NCBI RefSeq assembly: GCF_006345805.1
Contig: NC_042999.1
Location: 129,394,001 to 129,458,000 of the forward strand
DNA length: 64,000 bases
Direction of reading: 5' to 3'
From: Octopus sinensis
Taxonomy: Eukaryota
Made by a program: the position numbers and the translations under genes. Numbering within the stretch: the stretch's first letter is position 1; every line of letters starts with the position of its first letter. The notes beneath the pieces are model-generated. The model had not been told where the DNA came from, did no database searches, and saw only the letters and a list, made by a program, of their open reading frames with translations. Below are positions 50,882 through 64,000 of the stretch, piece after piece.

Positions 50882-52425
50882 GCGTCTGGATATCATACCA
50901 GCTGCTTCTCTTTCTACACATTTTCGTTACTACTTTGCTAGAGTGACTGAGTGCACAGACGTGAGAACGCATCAGTGCAGTCAGTTTCATAATATATGAT
51001 TTGTGGAATCTCATGCAAAATGTCAAGGGCCGCAAGCCAGTCACAATAGGTTTACTCTCTTGTTATTTAAACTAGCAGTAATTATGGCTATTATTACAGG
51101 ACTTATTAAGGCGGCGTGCTAAAATGGTTAGTGGTATTTCGTCCGTCTTTACGTTCTATGTTCAAATCCCACGGAAATCAACTTTGCCTTTCATTCTTTC
51201 GCGGTCGATAAAATAAGTACCAGTCGAGCCTTGGACTCAATGAATTCGACTTCCTGTTCCTCTCAAAAGTACTGGTCTTTTGTCGAAAATAGAAAGAATT
51301 ATAGGATTTTTAATGCTACTCTTGATATTTCTGTGCATTTTTGTGAGCTTTTCAAGTTATAATATGACTGAGAGAAAATTCCTCAAAGAAGCGTTCTGCA
51401 TACTAAATATAAATATGTAAGATCTTATTGGAATCATCTCTTATTTTTGTCGTTATTAGATTTTAAACGGCTCTACGGGGAATTTTTTGTCTATTAATTG
51501 TAGGAATGATTTCAGTTAAACAAATTTTTTCAACTCACTATGTTATTTTACTGGGACCCTTCAAGTAATAATGTCATTCTGATATGCAGCATGTTTTGTG
51601 TGCTAAATTCTAAGTCAAATTTCTTCCCGTGCGTTTATTAATAAATTTGTAGAATTTTAACTCTGTCTATTAAAGGCCAGTCACTTGTCATCTATTTTAG
51701 TTTCTTGGTTTCAAACACTTTCTGCTTAAGCTATAAGAAATATGACAGGAGAAAGCAGTGGCTATTCTGAGAGAGATAGTATAAATAGAATGTATTATAA
51801 AGAAAGGTGGATTAGATAGATAAATAAATAGAAAGGTGGGGAGGAGGTTGACAGAGTAGAAGAGAGAGAGGAGGGAGAAAGAGTAAGCGATCTGATATTA
51901 AAATATAGAGAGGGATGGAACAATGAGAGAAGAGATAATGTATGTAACTAATAGAGCAAAGAGGTGGAAAGGAGAAAGATGCACCACTACAAAAGAGCGG
52001 ATTAAGAGACGTAATGTGCTAAACTAACAGAGATATAGGGAGTGAGTGAAAGATAATGTTAGAGTTAGAAAGAGACAAATTTATGTGTGCTACAGAAATG
52101 TGTGTGTGTGTGTGATTGAGAGAGAGGAAGGGAGAGAGAGGGAGGACATTGCATAATGAAAAGAAGCAGATTTTGTTTAAGAGAGAAAAAGGGAACTAAA
52201 AGGGAAAAAATAACACACACACACAGATGAGAAATAAAGTAGAATGTAAGTGAGAGAGTGAAAAAATGAAAGAGTGAGAGCGTGAGAACAAAAAAAGTGA
52301 AGAACCAGGTTTTCAAATATACAACAGATAAGTGGAAGTAAAAAAAAAACAGTCGAAAAAAGTTCTCAGTTACAGTAAAATGCCAGAATTCTAAAATTCT
52401 AACTGCATTAAAAGATTATCACTCA

Positions 52426-52510
<85 letters not shown>

Positions 52511-53119
52511 TGCTCGAAATGAATTGTGAAGTGCTAGACAAGAAACAAGAAAAACAGAGCCAAGGCCCGAGCTAAAATGAATAATAAAAACTGAAAGACG
52601 ATAAAATAAAACACAAGAAGAAAATGAAGCTAAGTCTGAAGGAGAGAGAGAGAGAGAGAGAGAATTACTGAGTTAGAAATATACACTGTAAATTTTTAGA
52701 ATACTATGCTAGTGTTTTACTATGTTTAATATTGCTGGGACCTTACATTTTGGTTAAGATATAACGAACTGAAATATCTGATTAACAATAGATTCGGTGA
52801 GTATAAGAATGTTTAAAGCAGAGAGCTGAGCAGAATATTATATGTGAAAAAAAAAAGAAAAGAAAAGAAAAGAAAACTCGCCGTCTAGTTTTATTTTTTT
52901 AAAGTCAAAGCAGTACGGGAGACCACACCAAACATGTTATTGCTTCATTTCAGTGTTCTCAGCAAATTTCTCATGATAATTTGCCAAAATGATAACGATC
53001 GAGTCTCTAATCAAATATACATCTATTAATATAAATACAAATATCTATTTGTTGGTAAAGAAATATATTTGCTTAAAAATTAAATAGCTGCGCAAACACC
53101 ATACGTATGGTGTAGCCAT

Positions 53120-53845
53120 TTCAAAAATGGACTGGGACTTAATTTTATCGTTGCCAGAAAATGAATCGCAAACTTGACCTTGGCGGAATTTGAACTCCCA
53201 ACGTAAAGGGAACCTAACTAAATATCGTAAGGCATTTTGTCCGACCAACTTCCGTTACTGACAATTCACTGGCCAAGGTAATAATTCTTTCTGCTATCGG
53301 CAAAAGGCCTGAAATTTTAGGGGTGGGGACTAATTGATTATATCGACCCAGCACTGACTGGTACTTATTTTATCGACCGCAAAAGGGTGAAAGATAGTCG
53401 ACATCGGTGAAATTTGAATTCAGAACGCGAAGCTGAAGAAATACCTATTTCTTTACTACCCACAAGGGGCTAAACAAAGAGAGGACAAACAATGACAAAC
53501 AGATTAAGTCGATAATATCGACCCCAGTGCGTAACTGGTACTTATTTAATCGACCCCGAAAGGATGAAAGGCAGAGTCGACTTCAGCGGAATTTGAACTC
53601 AGAACGTAGCGGCAGACGAAATACCTATTTCTTTACTACCCACAAGAGAGGACAAACAAGGACTGACAAACGGATTAGTCGATTATATCGACCCCAGTGC
53701 GTAACTGGTACTTATTTAATCGACCTCGAAAGGATGAAAGGCAAAGTCAACCTCGGCGGAATTTGAACTCAGAACGTAACAGCAGATGAAATACCGCTAA
53801 GCATTTTGTCCGACTTGCTGACGATTTTGTCAGCTCGCCGCTTTT
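53120..53845 (-). mobile_element. Tandem/nested cluster of ~4 short-family SINE copies
   Basis: The GGAATTTGAACTCAGAACG-type motif recurs at ~53185, 53410, 53590 and 53760. Confidence 0.85.
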
Positions 53846-54484
53846 GCTCGAGGTAATAATGTTTGTATCCTTCGCCTAGATGCAGACACCTTGTAAAAGA
53901 TGAAAGGAGTATAGACGAATCGCAAGATAAAAATAACATCAAAACGTTCTTCTCCATTATAATGTTTGCAACACTCTGACGTCATGAACAATGCTTCGCT
54001 TGTTTATCTATTTAGTTATTTTCTTTGATGTACCTCATTATATTGAAATAAAATCTCCCCAGGCTCGATTTTTGCCACTTTTTCTCTGGTTCATCGAAAC
54101 ATATATCAAAAGTGAATTAATCAATTAGCACTCACAACTATTAAAAAACAAAAATGGCTTTCAAAGGATTAGTGTGTTGTACATAAGATAAATGATCAGA
54201 GAAGTATAGCCGAATTGCAAGATAAATATAACAAAATAATCAAGAGAACGTTCTTGTGTGTATTTGTCTATGTGCGTATGTATTTATGTCTTTTCCTTTG
54301 GGATTTACTAATGATTTTTATCCCCTGTGCAGAATTCATTAATAAATTGGCCAAGTCTCGGTAGTTCTTGAGGGTTTGTGAATATGTGAATTGTTCGGTG
54401 TATGCAAATGTGTGTGATTGTTGATAAACTTTACGCAATAGAAGTGCCGATACTTTTCACCAAGCATACTTGGACACGCAAGTG

Positions 54485-55510
54485 TTAGGTATGGCGTTGT
54501 GGTTAAGAACTTCGCTTCATAAACACTTGGTTTCGGGTTCTGTTCCACTGCGTGGCACCTTGGCAAGGTGTCTTCAATTATATTGCCGGGCCGAACCATG
54601 TCTTATGAGTGAATTAGGTGGACGGAAAATGCCCGGAACTCTGTCTTACACACACACACACACACACACACATGTATATACGTCTTTGTGTTTATTCCCA
54701 AACCTCGTACCAATCGATGTTGGTTTGTTTATGTCCCCGTAATTTAACGATTCTTCAAAACACCAAGCTCAACATGGTGCCCTAGCATGGCTGCACTCCA
54801 ATGAATGAAACAAGTAAAAGAATAAAAGAAATGTATATAAGTACGTATCCGGAACTCAAAGAAACAGGTTAGGGCTTAATTGCGTCTTTAGCAATGGTAA
54901 CAACATAACCAACTAACGTTTCGGACATTTTGCTCGAAATGTTAGCTTTATCCACTCTTCACGGCAACGAAACTTACTTAGGCAATCTATTATTTTGTGG
55001 CGTAATTCGCATCAGCCGGGAATAACCTTTGACAACAGAAATTTACAAAAATCGATACAGAAAAAACAAAATGTTTAAGAAGCAGGAAATTGTCAGCTGG
55101 TATTCTTGTTCTTTATTTGCATATTTCCCCTTCATAAAAAAACATTCAAAGTAAGAATTATACTTTGTTTTCTGAACATTCTTTTTTTTTCTTTTTTTTC
55201 CCGAGTAAAAAAAAATGCTCGCTTTATGTTGAAGAAGATTGTTCAAAATTTTTAGAATTTTATTGATTCTGTATTTACAGTAAAAATTTCAGAATTTTAA
55301 TATATTTAACCGCGTATTTTGTATTTTAAGTGGAATTTTTATAATTAATACAAAGGTGTGGCTGTGTGGTAAGAAGCTTACTTTTCAACCGCATGGTTCC
55401 AGATTCAGTTACACTGCGTGTCACTTTGAGCAAGTGCCTTCTCTTATCGCCTCAGATCGACTGTAGACTTGTGAGTGGATCTCGTAGAGGGGGAAAACTG
55501 AAACAAGCCG

Positions 55511-55557
<47 letters not shown>

Positions 55558-55735
55558 TGTGTGTGTGTGTGTCCTTGTGCTTGTGTATGACAACTGGTGT
55601 TGGTGTGTTTCCGTCTCCCGTAACATAGCGGTTAAAAAAAAAGCACTGAAGTCGATTCATTCGACTAAAATAATTCTTCAAGGCGGTACCCCGGGATGGC
55701 CGCAGTCTAATGAGTGAAACAAGTAAAAGATTAAC
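54485..55735 (+). mobile_element. Two long-family SINEs (54485-54830, 55355-55735)
   Basis: Both match 4459-4831, including the internal microsatellite. Confidence 0.85.
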
Positions 55736-56449
55736 AGAAAGACCGCCCAAATTTCAGGCCTTGTGCCTAGAGTAGAAAAGAGTATTTTCATGCTTGATTC
55801 CTAATTTGAGAAATTTTTCTGACACGTTATGCTTAAATTTTCCTTTGTATCCTATATTCGTCTTATAAATATTGTATCCTTTATTCGTCTCAGTAAATAT
55901 TTCATTATGTTTATCGATGTGTTAATCTTTCTTTTTTAAACAAACTCAAAAATATTTCCTTCTCTAAATGGTCATTTAATTTGCTAGAAGTAGCAGGCGT
56001 CATGTGTGTACATTCTAAGGCCAATATCATAGCAAAGTGGAGGAGCGTGTTTTAGTGGCCAGTGTATCGTAAGATTGTCGTTTCGATTCCTGGACCGGGC
56101 GACACATTGTGTTTTTATGCAAAAAATTTCATTTCACATTGCTCTTGTCCGCTCGACAGGCAAAGATGAGTTGTCCTACAATGGACCGGCGTCCCGTCCA
56201 GGTGGGGAATATATACGCCACGGAAACGAGGAAAGGGATCCTATGAGTTTATATGTCTCGGGAAGGATCTTTATCCTTTTTTTTTGTATATCATGCCTCT
56301 GATAATATTTTTTCTTCTTTTCGTTTCAAATTATGGCAGCATCTTAGATAATTTTCTTTTCGTTAAAGAATATTCGTTTAACAAATTCCAGAAGGGCAGT
56401 TTTCTGTTACTAATTTCCAATTTGTGTGCATTGTATTTGTAGGAGTACT

Positions 56450-57420
56450 ATTTCATGTTGGTGCAGTTTTGCAGCAACACCACCAACAGCAAGTACAACC
56501 TCTTGCTTTCTTCCCGAGGCAGCTTAAGCCCGCCGAAACCCGCTATAGCACGTTCGGCTGTGAACTTTTGGCTATATACTTGGCGGTTAGACACTTTCGA
56601 CACTCACTTGAAGGTTGCTAATTTACGATCAATACCGATCACCATCTGCTTACTTTTGCACTTCGTTCGAAGCCCGACAGATACTCGCCTCGCGAAACTC
56701 GTCACTTAAATTTTGTTTCGCAATTTACCATTGATATTCGTCATATCTCTGGTGCACAGAATGCGGCGGAAGATGCTCTCTCTCGCCTCCATGTAAATTC
56801 TAAGTACTTGCCTGTGCCTACTTGTGACGCACAAGTATTCTTTGACAACTCGACGGATACACCACGTCCTCTTGTCTCCCGCATCCTGGAGCTTCAACCA
56901 CAGTGAAACTCATTTCGGCTAGATTCTTCTGGCCGAATATGAGACGAGATATCACTGCTTGGTCACGTTCTTGTCTTTTCTGCCAAAAAGCTGAGGAGCT
57001 CAGGCACATTCGTGCACCTCTCGGTACGTTCTACACCCTAGATGCTCGTCTGAGTCACATCCATATCGATCTAGTTGAACCGTGGCCAGTTAGGCAAGGC
57101 TTTACGTATCTCCTTATGGGCATCGACTGCTTTACACGTTGGCCAGAAGCCACCCCTTTGTGTGATATTAGAGCAGAATCGGTAGCGCGAGCCCTGGTTT
57201 CGGGTTGGATATCGCGCTACGGCGTTTATACCACGATCACCACTGATCGTGGTAGGTAGTTCGAATCCCAGCTTTCGAAAATTCTAGGTGTGCGGCGCAT
57301 TCGGACTACTAGTTGGCATCCAGCTTCAAATGGTATGGTGAAACACTTCCACCGCGAATTGAAGGCTGCGATGCGTGCTTATCCTTACCAACAGCGATGG
57401 AGCGAGTATCTACCCTGACT
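56450..57420 (+). mobile_element. Gypsy/Ty3 pol remnant (RNase H + integrase), no LTRs seen
   Basis: [105 protein letters not shown]. Stops and deletions. Confidence 0.92.
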
Positions 57421-57530
57421 TGCTCACCCAGTCGAATAACGTCACGCCATTGATCCTTCGGAGGGAACCCATTTCGCCCGCTTGTATTTGAGATCGTACT
57501 CCTTCGGTCTCATACCCAATGCAGTTGGAA
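57418..57530 (-). mobile_element. Small RTE (Expander/Rex3-like) fragment
   Basis: EGVRSQIQAGEMGSLRRINGVTLFD resembles 'VRSQVQASEMRFLRRIEGVTL'. Confidence 0.6.
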
Positions 57531-57849
57531 AGGGATATCGTAAAAAATAATAGATATTTTTCTGACTTTATTTTAATTGATTGGCAAGACTTAGAAGTGA
57601 TTAAGTATGCACACAAGTATAGAGGAGACATATTGGCGTCGATTGTGAATATCAATTATACAATTTGGGATTGGAGATATTCAGTCTAGTTCTAGTTGTT
57701 GCATCAAGAGGTTTAAAGGGCAATAAGCTGTCAGTGTGCCAACCAGTCAACAGTTTCATCTTATTTCCGGTAGTCAATTCTTCAACTACTACTACTTTAC
57801 TAACACAACTATATAACACTACACATTTTATGAACCATCTATGGATTTA

Positions 57850-58065
57850 CGAGGAGGTGCTGAAACGTTCACGATTTTAATGATATCGAGAAAGGCCTGA
57901 TTGGAGGCCCAGCCTTCCAAGTTCTTTTACAGGGTTTAGAACAACTGAAGGACCGCTGCAATAAGTGTGTGAATCTGAAAGGGGAATATATTAAATAGAA
58001 TCTTAATTAACTGATCCTCCTATATTTTCTTTTACCCAAAGCCAGGTCTTTTCAGCACCTCCTCG
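57850..58065 (+). mobile_element. 216-bp mariner-derived MITE
   Basis: TIRs CGAGGAGGTGCTGAAA / TTTCAGCACCTCCTCG and TA TSDs. Retains the transposase C-terminus QGLEQLKDRCNKCVNLKGEYIK*. Confidence 0.92.
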
Positions 58066-58122
58066 TAATCCGAGTGATACACATTGATTCGTCATCCCGG
58101 GGTCTAAATATCAAGCAGTTGA

Positions 58123-58197
<75 letters not shown>

Positions 58198-58262
58198 CAC
58201 ACGTATATGTATGAATCTGTGTAGATTTATTTATACATATTCATACCATAAATGTATACATA

Positions 58263-58645
58263 CATACAAGGTGTTCGGACTAAATTTGACGATGTTTTAT
58301 ATCTCCTTCTTTTCAGAAACAACACGTATTAGGGCCTTGTCAACGGCATTGGAGAGCATAAAGGTTAAAGTTGTTGAGAAAAAGTTAGCAAACATGGAGG
58401 ATTGGAAGCCATCTGAATATTGGAAAAGACTTAGCTGTATCATGATGATTCGCACTGGGTTTCAAAATGCCGACCTCATGACTGTTGCACAATTCTCTGT
58501 GAACACAGTAAAGGATGTGAGATACATTAACATGTCCCACGTATCATGAAAATCAAGTTCCCTCAATCTGTAATGGTCTTTGGGTGTGTCTCCACTGAGG
58601 TTGACATTATGCCACCGCACATCTTCGAACAGAGCCTATGACTCA
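58263..58645 (+). mobile_element. Internally deleted maT/DD37D-like Tc1-mariner remnant
   Basis: MEDWKPSEYWKR.. HTH-like start joined to KFPQSVMVFGCVSTEVDIMPPHIFEQ. Confidence 0.65.
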
Positions 58646-58659
58646 ATTTAATAAACACC

Positions 58660-60420
<1,761 letters not shown>

Positions 60421-60421
60421 A

Positions 60422-60463
<42 letters not shown>

Positions 60464-60477
60464 TATATATATATTTA

Positions 60478-60834
60478 TATACGAGTAAAACGCCCCTCGT
60501 CCAATGGACGGTGCTAAGTTGTCAAACATTTAAACCAAATTTTCTCAAAACAACTTGTCCGACCGTCCCATGGCCTCCTCTTTGAGAAACACTGATTTAA
60601 ACTAAATTTGAGACACCAGCAAAAGACGGATTTCGACTGATATACTTGTGCGTACAAATGCACTTTCTCACGGCTTTATCGATCGCATTCTCATCTGGAA
60701 TCGATTTTTGTAATTTTTTCAAGATTTGTACACGCCCTGATGCCGTCGGTATCTACATATCAAATTTGAGCGCAATCGGATGGAGGATGCCCGAGACCCT
60801 AGAAGACACACAGACAGACAGACAGAACGTATTT

Positions 60835-60845
<11 letters not shown>
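60478..60845 (+). mobile_element. Possible non-autonomous Helitron/HINE-like element
   Basis: CAAATTTGAGCGCAATCGGA..(GACA)n..TTTTATATATA 3' architecture is typical of such elements. Classification from memory only. Confidence 0.4.
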
Positions 60846-60889
<44 letters not shown>

Positions 60890-60890
<1 letters not shown>

Positions 60891-61171
60891 ACGACGGGAT
60901 TCTTTCAGTTTCCGTCTCTCAAATCCGCTCACAAGGCTTTGGTTGGCCCGAGGTTATAGCAGAAGACATCACCCAAGGTGCCACACAGCAGACTGAACCC
61001 GAAACTATGTAATCATATATAGGCGTGGCTGTGTGGTAAGCTTCCTTCCCAACTACATGGTTCCGAGATCAGTCCCACTGCATGGCACCTTGGGCAAGTG
61101 TATTCTACACGTCCTCAGGCCGACCGACGCCTTGTGAATGTATTTCGTAGACGGAAACCGAAAGAAGTCCG

Positions 61172-61265
<94 letters not shown>

Positions 61266-61683
61266 TATATTCTTTTATTCTTTTACTTGCTCCAGTCACG
61301 TGACTGCGGCTATGCTGGTGCACCGCCTTTAGTCGAGCAAATCGACCCCCGGGACTTATTCTTTGTAAGCCTAGTAGTTATTCTATCGATTTCTTTTGTC
61401 GAACCGCTAAGATGCGGGGACGTAAACAGACCAGCATCGGTTATCAAGCTATGTTGGGGGGTGGGGTGGGGGTGGCAAACACAGACACACAAACATATGT
61501 ATACACACATATACATATATACGATGGGCTTCTTTCAATTTCCGTCTACCATATCCACTCACAAGGCTTTGGTCGGCCCGAAGCTATAGTAGAAGTCACT
61601 TGCCGAAGGTGCCACGCAGTGGGACTGAACCCGGAACCATGTGGATGGTATGCAAGCTACTTACCAAACAGCCACTCTTGTGC

Positions 61684-61685
<2 letters not shown>
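60890..61685. mobile_element. Cluster of oppositely oriented long-family SINEs (- 60890-61010, + 61021-61175, - 61270-61685)
   Basis: Direct similarity to 4459-4831 on alternating strands. Confidence 0.85.
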
Positions 61686-61725
<40 letters not shown>

Positions 61726-62358
61726 GAGAAATACTTCACAGCTGGAGATTTTATACTTTTATTAATGCATTGCAACATATTTTTCGGTATTACATGTATT
61801 TTTATGGGACCACCCCACCATATCCATAGTATATTATTAGATATTGTTTATAATATCCATTGACCCTATGGGAGCCTATTAATTCGACATGCTTCATCTG
61901 ACAGTTTTTGTATTGGTTTACATTGGATTTCCTTGTTTAGACTTCGGGATATTAATCATTCTACATCAATCTAAAAGCTCGTGAATTTTTACAAACTACT
62001 CGATAGATGGTTGTATTGATAGAGGCAAGAACTTTGAGAGGGATAGTTTTGTTCTATGCTTACATATCAATGCAGGTGGATATGGAATGAAGGAAAGAGA
62101 AAGAAAAAGAAAATAAAAGGAGATAAAATTGTGAGCTGTAGTCAGTCAATCATGCACAGACAGGAAGACAGGAAGAATAGGACTGGGGAACGCGGAGAAG
62201 AGAGAAAGAAACAGAAAAAGGACCCATGGATATTATGAATAATATTTAATAATATCTTATGGATATGGTGAGGTGGTCCATAGAAATAATGTAATGCCAA
62301 AACGTACGTAACACTGTATTAATAAAAATATAAAATCTCCATCCGTGAAGTATTTCTC
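61726..62358. mobile_element. Non-autonomous DNA transposon with ~135-bp imperfect TIRs
   Basis: GAGAAATACTTCAC..CCACCATATCCATA..ATAATATCCAT is mirrored at 62225-62358. Confidence 0.8.
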
Positions 62359-62525
62359 GTTATTGATATATTTATCCTATGCTACACGGAGTATCGCATA
62401 CATAGCAATCCCATACTGTTAACTCCGCATGTTGGGAATAATATACGGAAGTCAGCAACAAGTAGCATAGGAACTTTTATGAGCGCACTGGTAGGCATCT
62501 GCAATATGCAAAATACAAAAATACA

Positions 62526-62578
<53 letters not shown>

Positions 62579-62587
<9 letters not shown>

Positions 62588-62746
62588 ATTTAGGGTATCT
62601 AAGAGATACCACCACGCTGAAAATAGCTGTCAAAACTTGACTCTAAAACTACATTAAATGTTCATATAGCACCAGGTTTTAGAGTCAAGTTTTGACTACT
62701 ATTTTCAGCGTGGTGGTATCTCTTAGATAACGTAAATTATAATTTT
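62579..62746. mobile_element. 168-bp palindromic MITE-like element (71-bp arms)
   Basis: 62579-62649 vs 62676-62746, about 4 mismatches, 26-nt loop. Confidence 0.85.
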
Positions 62747-62840
62747 AAATAATTATTACCTTTGAAAGGTTATTTTATCCCCGTGTTGGCCACTTGATAA
62801 GATCGATATTTAAGTATTAATCTTATCCTTATTTATATAA

Positions 62841-62883
<43 letters not shown>

Positions 62884-62929
62884 ATATGCGTGTGTGTATG
62901 TGTGTTATATGACATGTGTCTGTGTTTGA

Positions 62930-63145
62930 CAAGCCTTCATCCCCCTCACAACCACCACCACCACTGCTTGACAACCGGTGCCGTTTACGTCCGTTATTTA
63001 TCGATTCGGCAAAAGAGACCAATAAAATAAGTACCAGACTTTAAAACAAATAAATACTGGGGTCGATACATCCGACAAAAAGGATGTTTTAAGGCTGTGT
63101 CTTAGCATGACCGCAGTTTAATGGCTGAAACAAGTAAAAAACAAT
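62930..63145 (+). mobile_element. 3' half of a long-family SINE
   Basis: CTTGACAACCGGTG..GGCAAAAGAGACC..CTGAAACAAGTAAAA. Confidence 0.8.
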
Positions 63146-64000
63146 CTCATTACACAGTAGCAAACAAATATTTTTAGTGATGGATATGAAAGCCGTACTT
63201 ACAGGAGATATTGAAAAAGTATTGCAGAAAACAGTTCTATATTTTGGTGGATAATAAACATCACTACGGGAATGGCCATGAGGTTTAATTGCCAAGTTAA
63301 AAGGGGCAAAGATAGTAGAGTGGAATTTGAAGGAGATTTGCTGGCTATGTTTTAGCAAGGTGAACGACCACAGAAACAAGCTTTGTCGTTGGATCATGAG
63401 GTTCAGTTTCACACTCAGGAGCATGAAGTACTCTGTCTTTGTGCTGACTTACTAAACTGCTCCTTAACAGTGCTATTGTATTGAAGTGTCGTTATTGTAA
63501 CTTCTTTCTTCATGCGGTGTGTTTAGTCTACCCCCTCGTCACTTCGTTTATTTTATTTTCGACGTTGTCAATTCTGTCATGAACTTTTCCGAGAATATTT
63601 AATATTTCCTAGTTCACGAGGAATGAAAGATAAAGCCACAATGGTCACAACAAAAACCTTAATGTCAGCTGAAAGAAAATCCTAAAATGTTTTGGGGTGG
63701 ATTTCAATCATTCATTTTTCGTTGGTAGTTTGCAATAATAAGCAGGCTGAAGGCGAAGATAAGAATAACAGCACAACTATTTGAGTTTACATAATTTCTA
63801 TCTACTCGTATATTTATCTGTGTACACATAATTGATTTAATGGGACAATATTCACAAGATTACGAATATAATAGCTATATATAATGTAATACATGTTAGA
63901 TAATATTATGAAAGCAGTTCATAGTTATTGAAGACGAAATAAGTAGAAGGAACTAGAACTACTGTATGTAAGTAATATGTGCGTGATACGACATCACAGC

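Overview
AT-rich, repeat-saturated animal DNA. It is most likely octopus (cephalopod); this is an inference from the SINE families, the RTE LINEs with (GAT)n tails and the '[12 protein letters not shown]'-type zinc fingers. I found no intact host protein-coding gene, rRNA, true tRNA or CRISPR array. The centrepiece is a TSD-bounded, 6.8-kb full-length RTE LINE (15158-21926). It has a one-stop-codon EN-RT ORF with an internal PHD finger, a duplicated 5' region and a hierarchical six-unit 3' tandem array. The window also holds truncated RTE/BovB LINEs, Penelope-like remnants carrying minimal hammerhead-ribozyme motifs, and a tRNA-headed SINE with a Penelope/hammerhead-type tail. The remainder is mariner/maT/Tigger/hAT/Helitron/Gypsy remnants, many MITEs and palindromes, over 20 tRNA-derived SINE copies, a decayed C2H2 zinc-finger gene and a well-spaced CCAAT/TATA/Inr promoter candidate. 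All calls were made by eye and manual translation; no searches were run, so the novelty of any finding is unverified.
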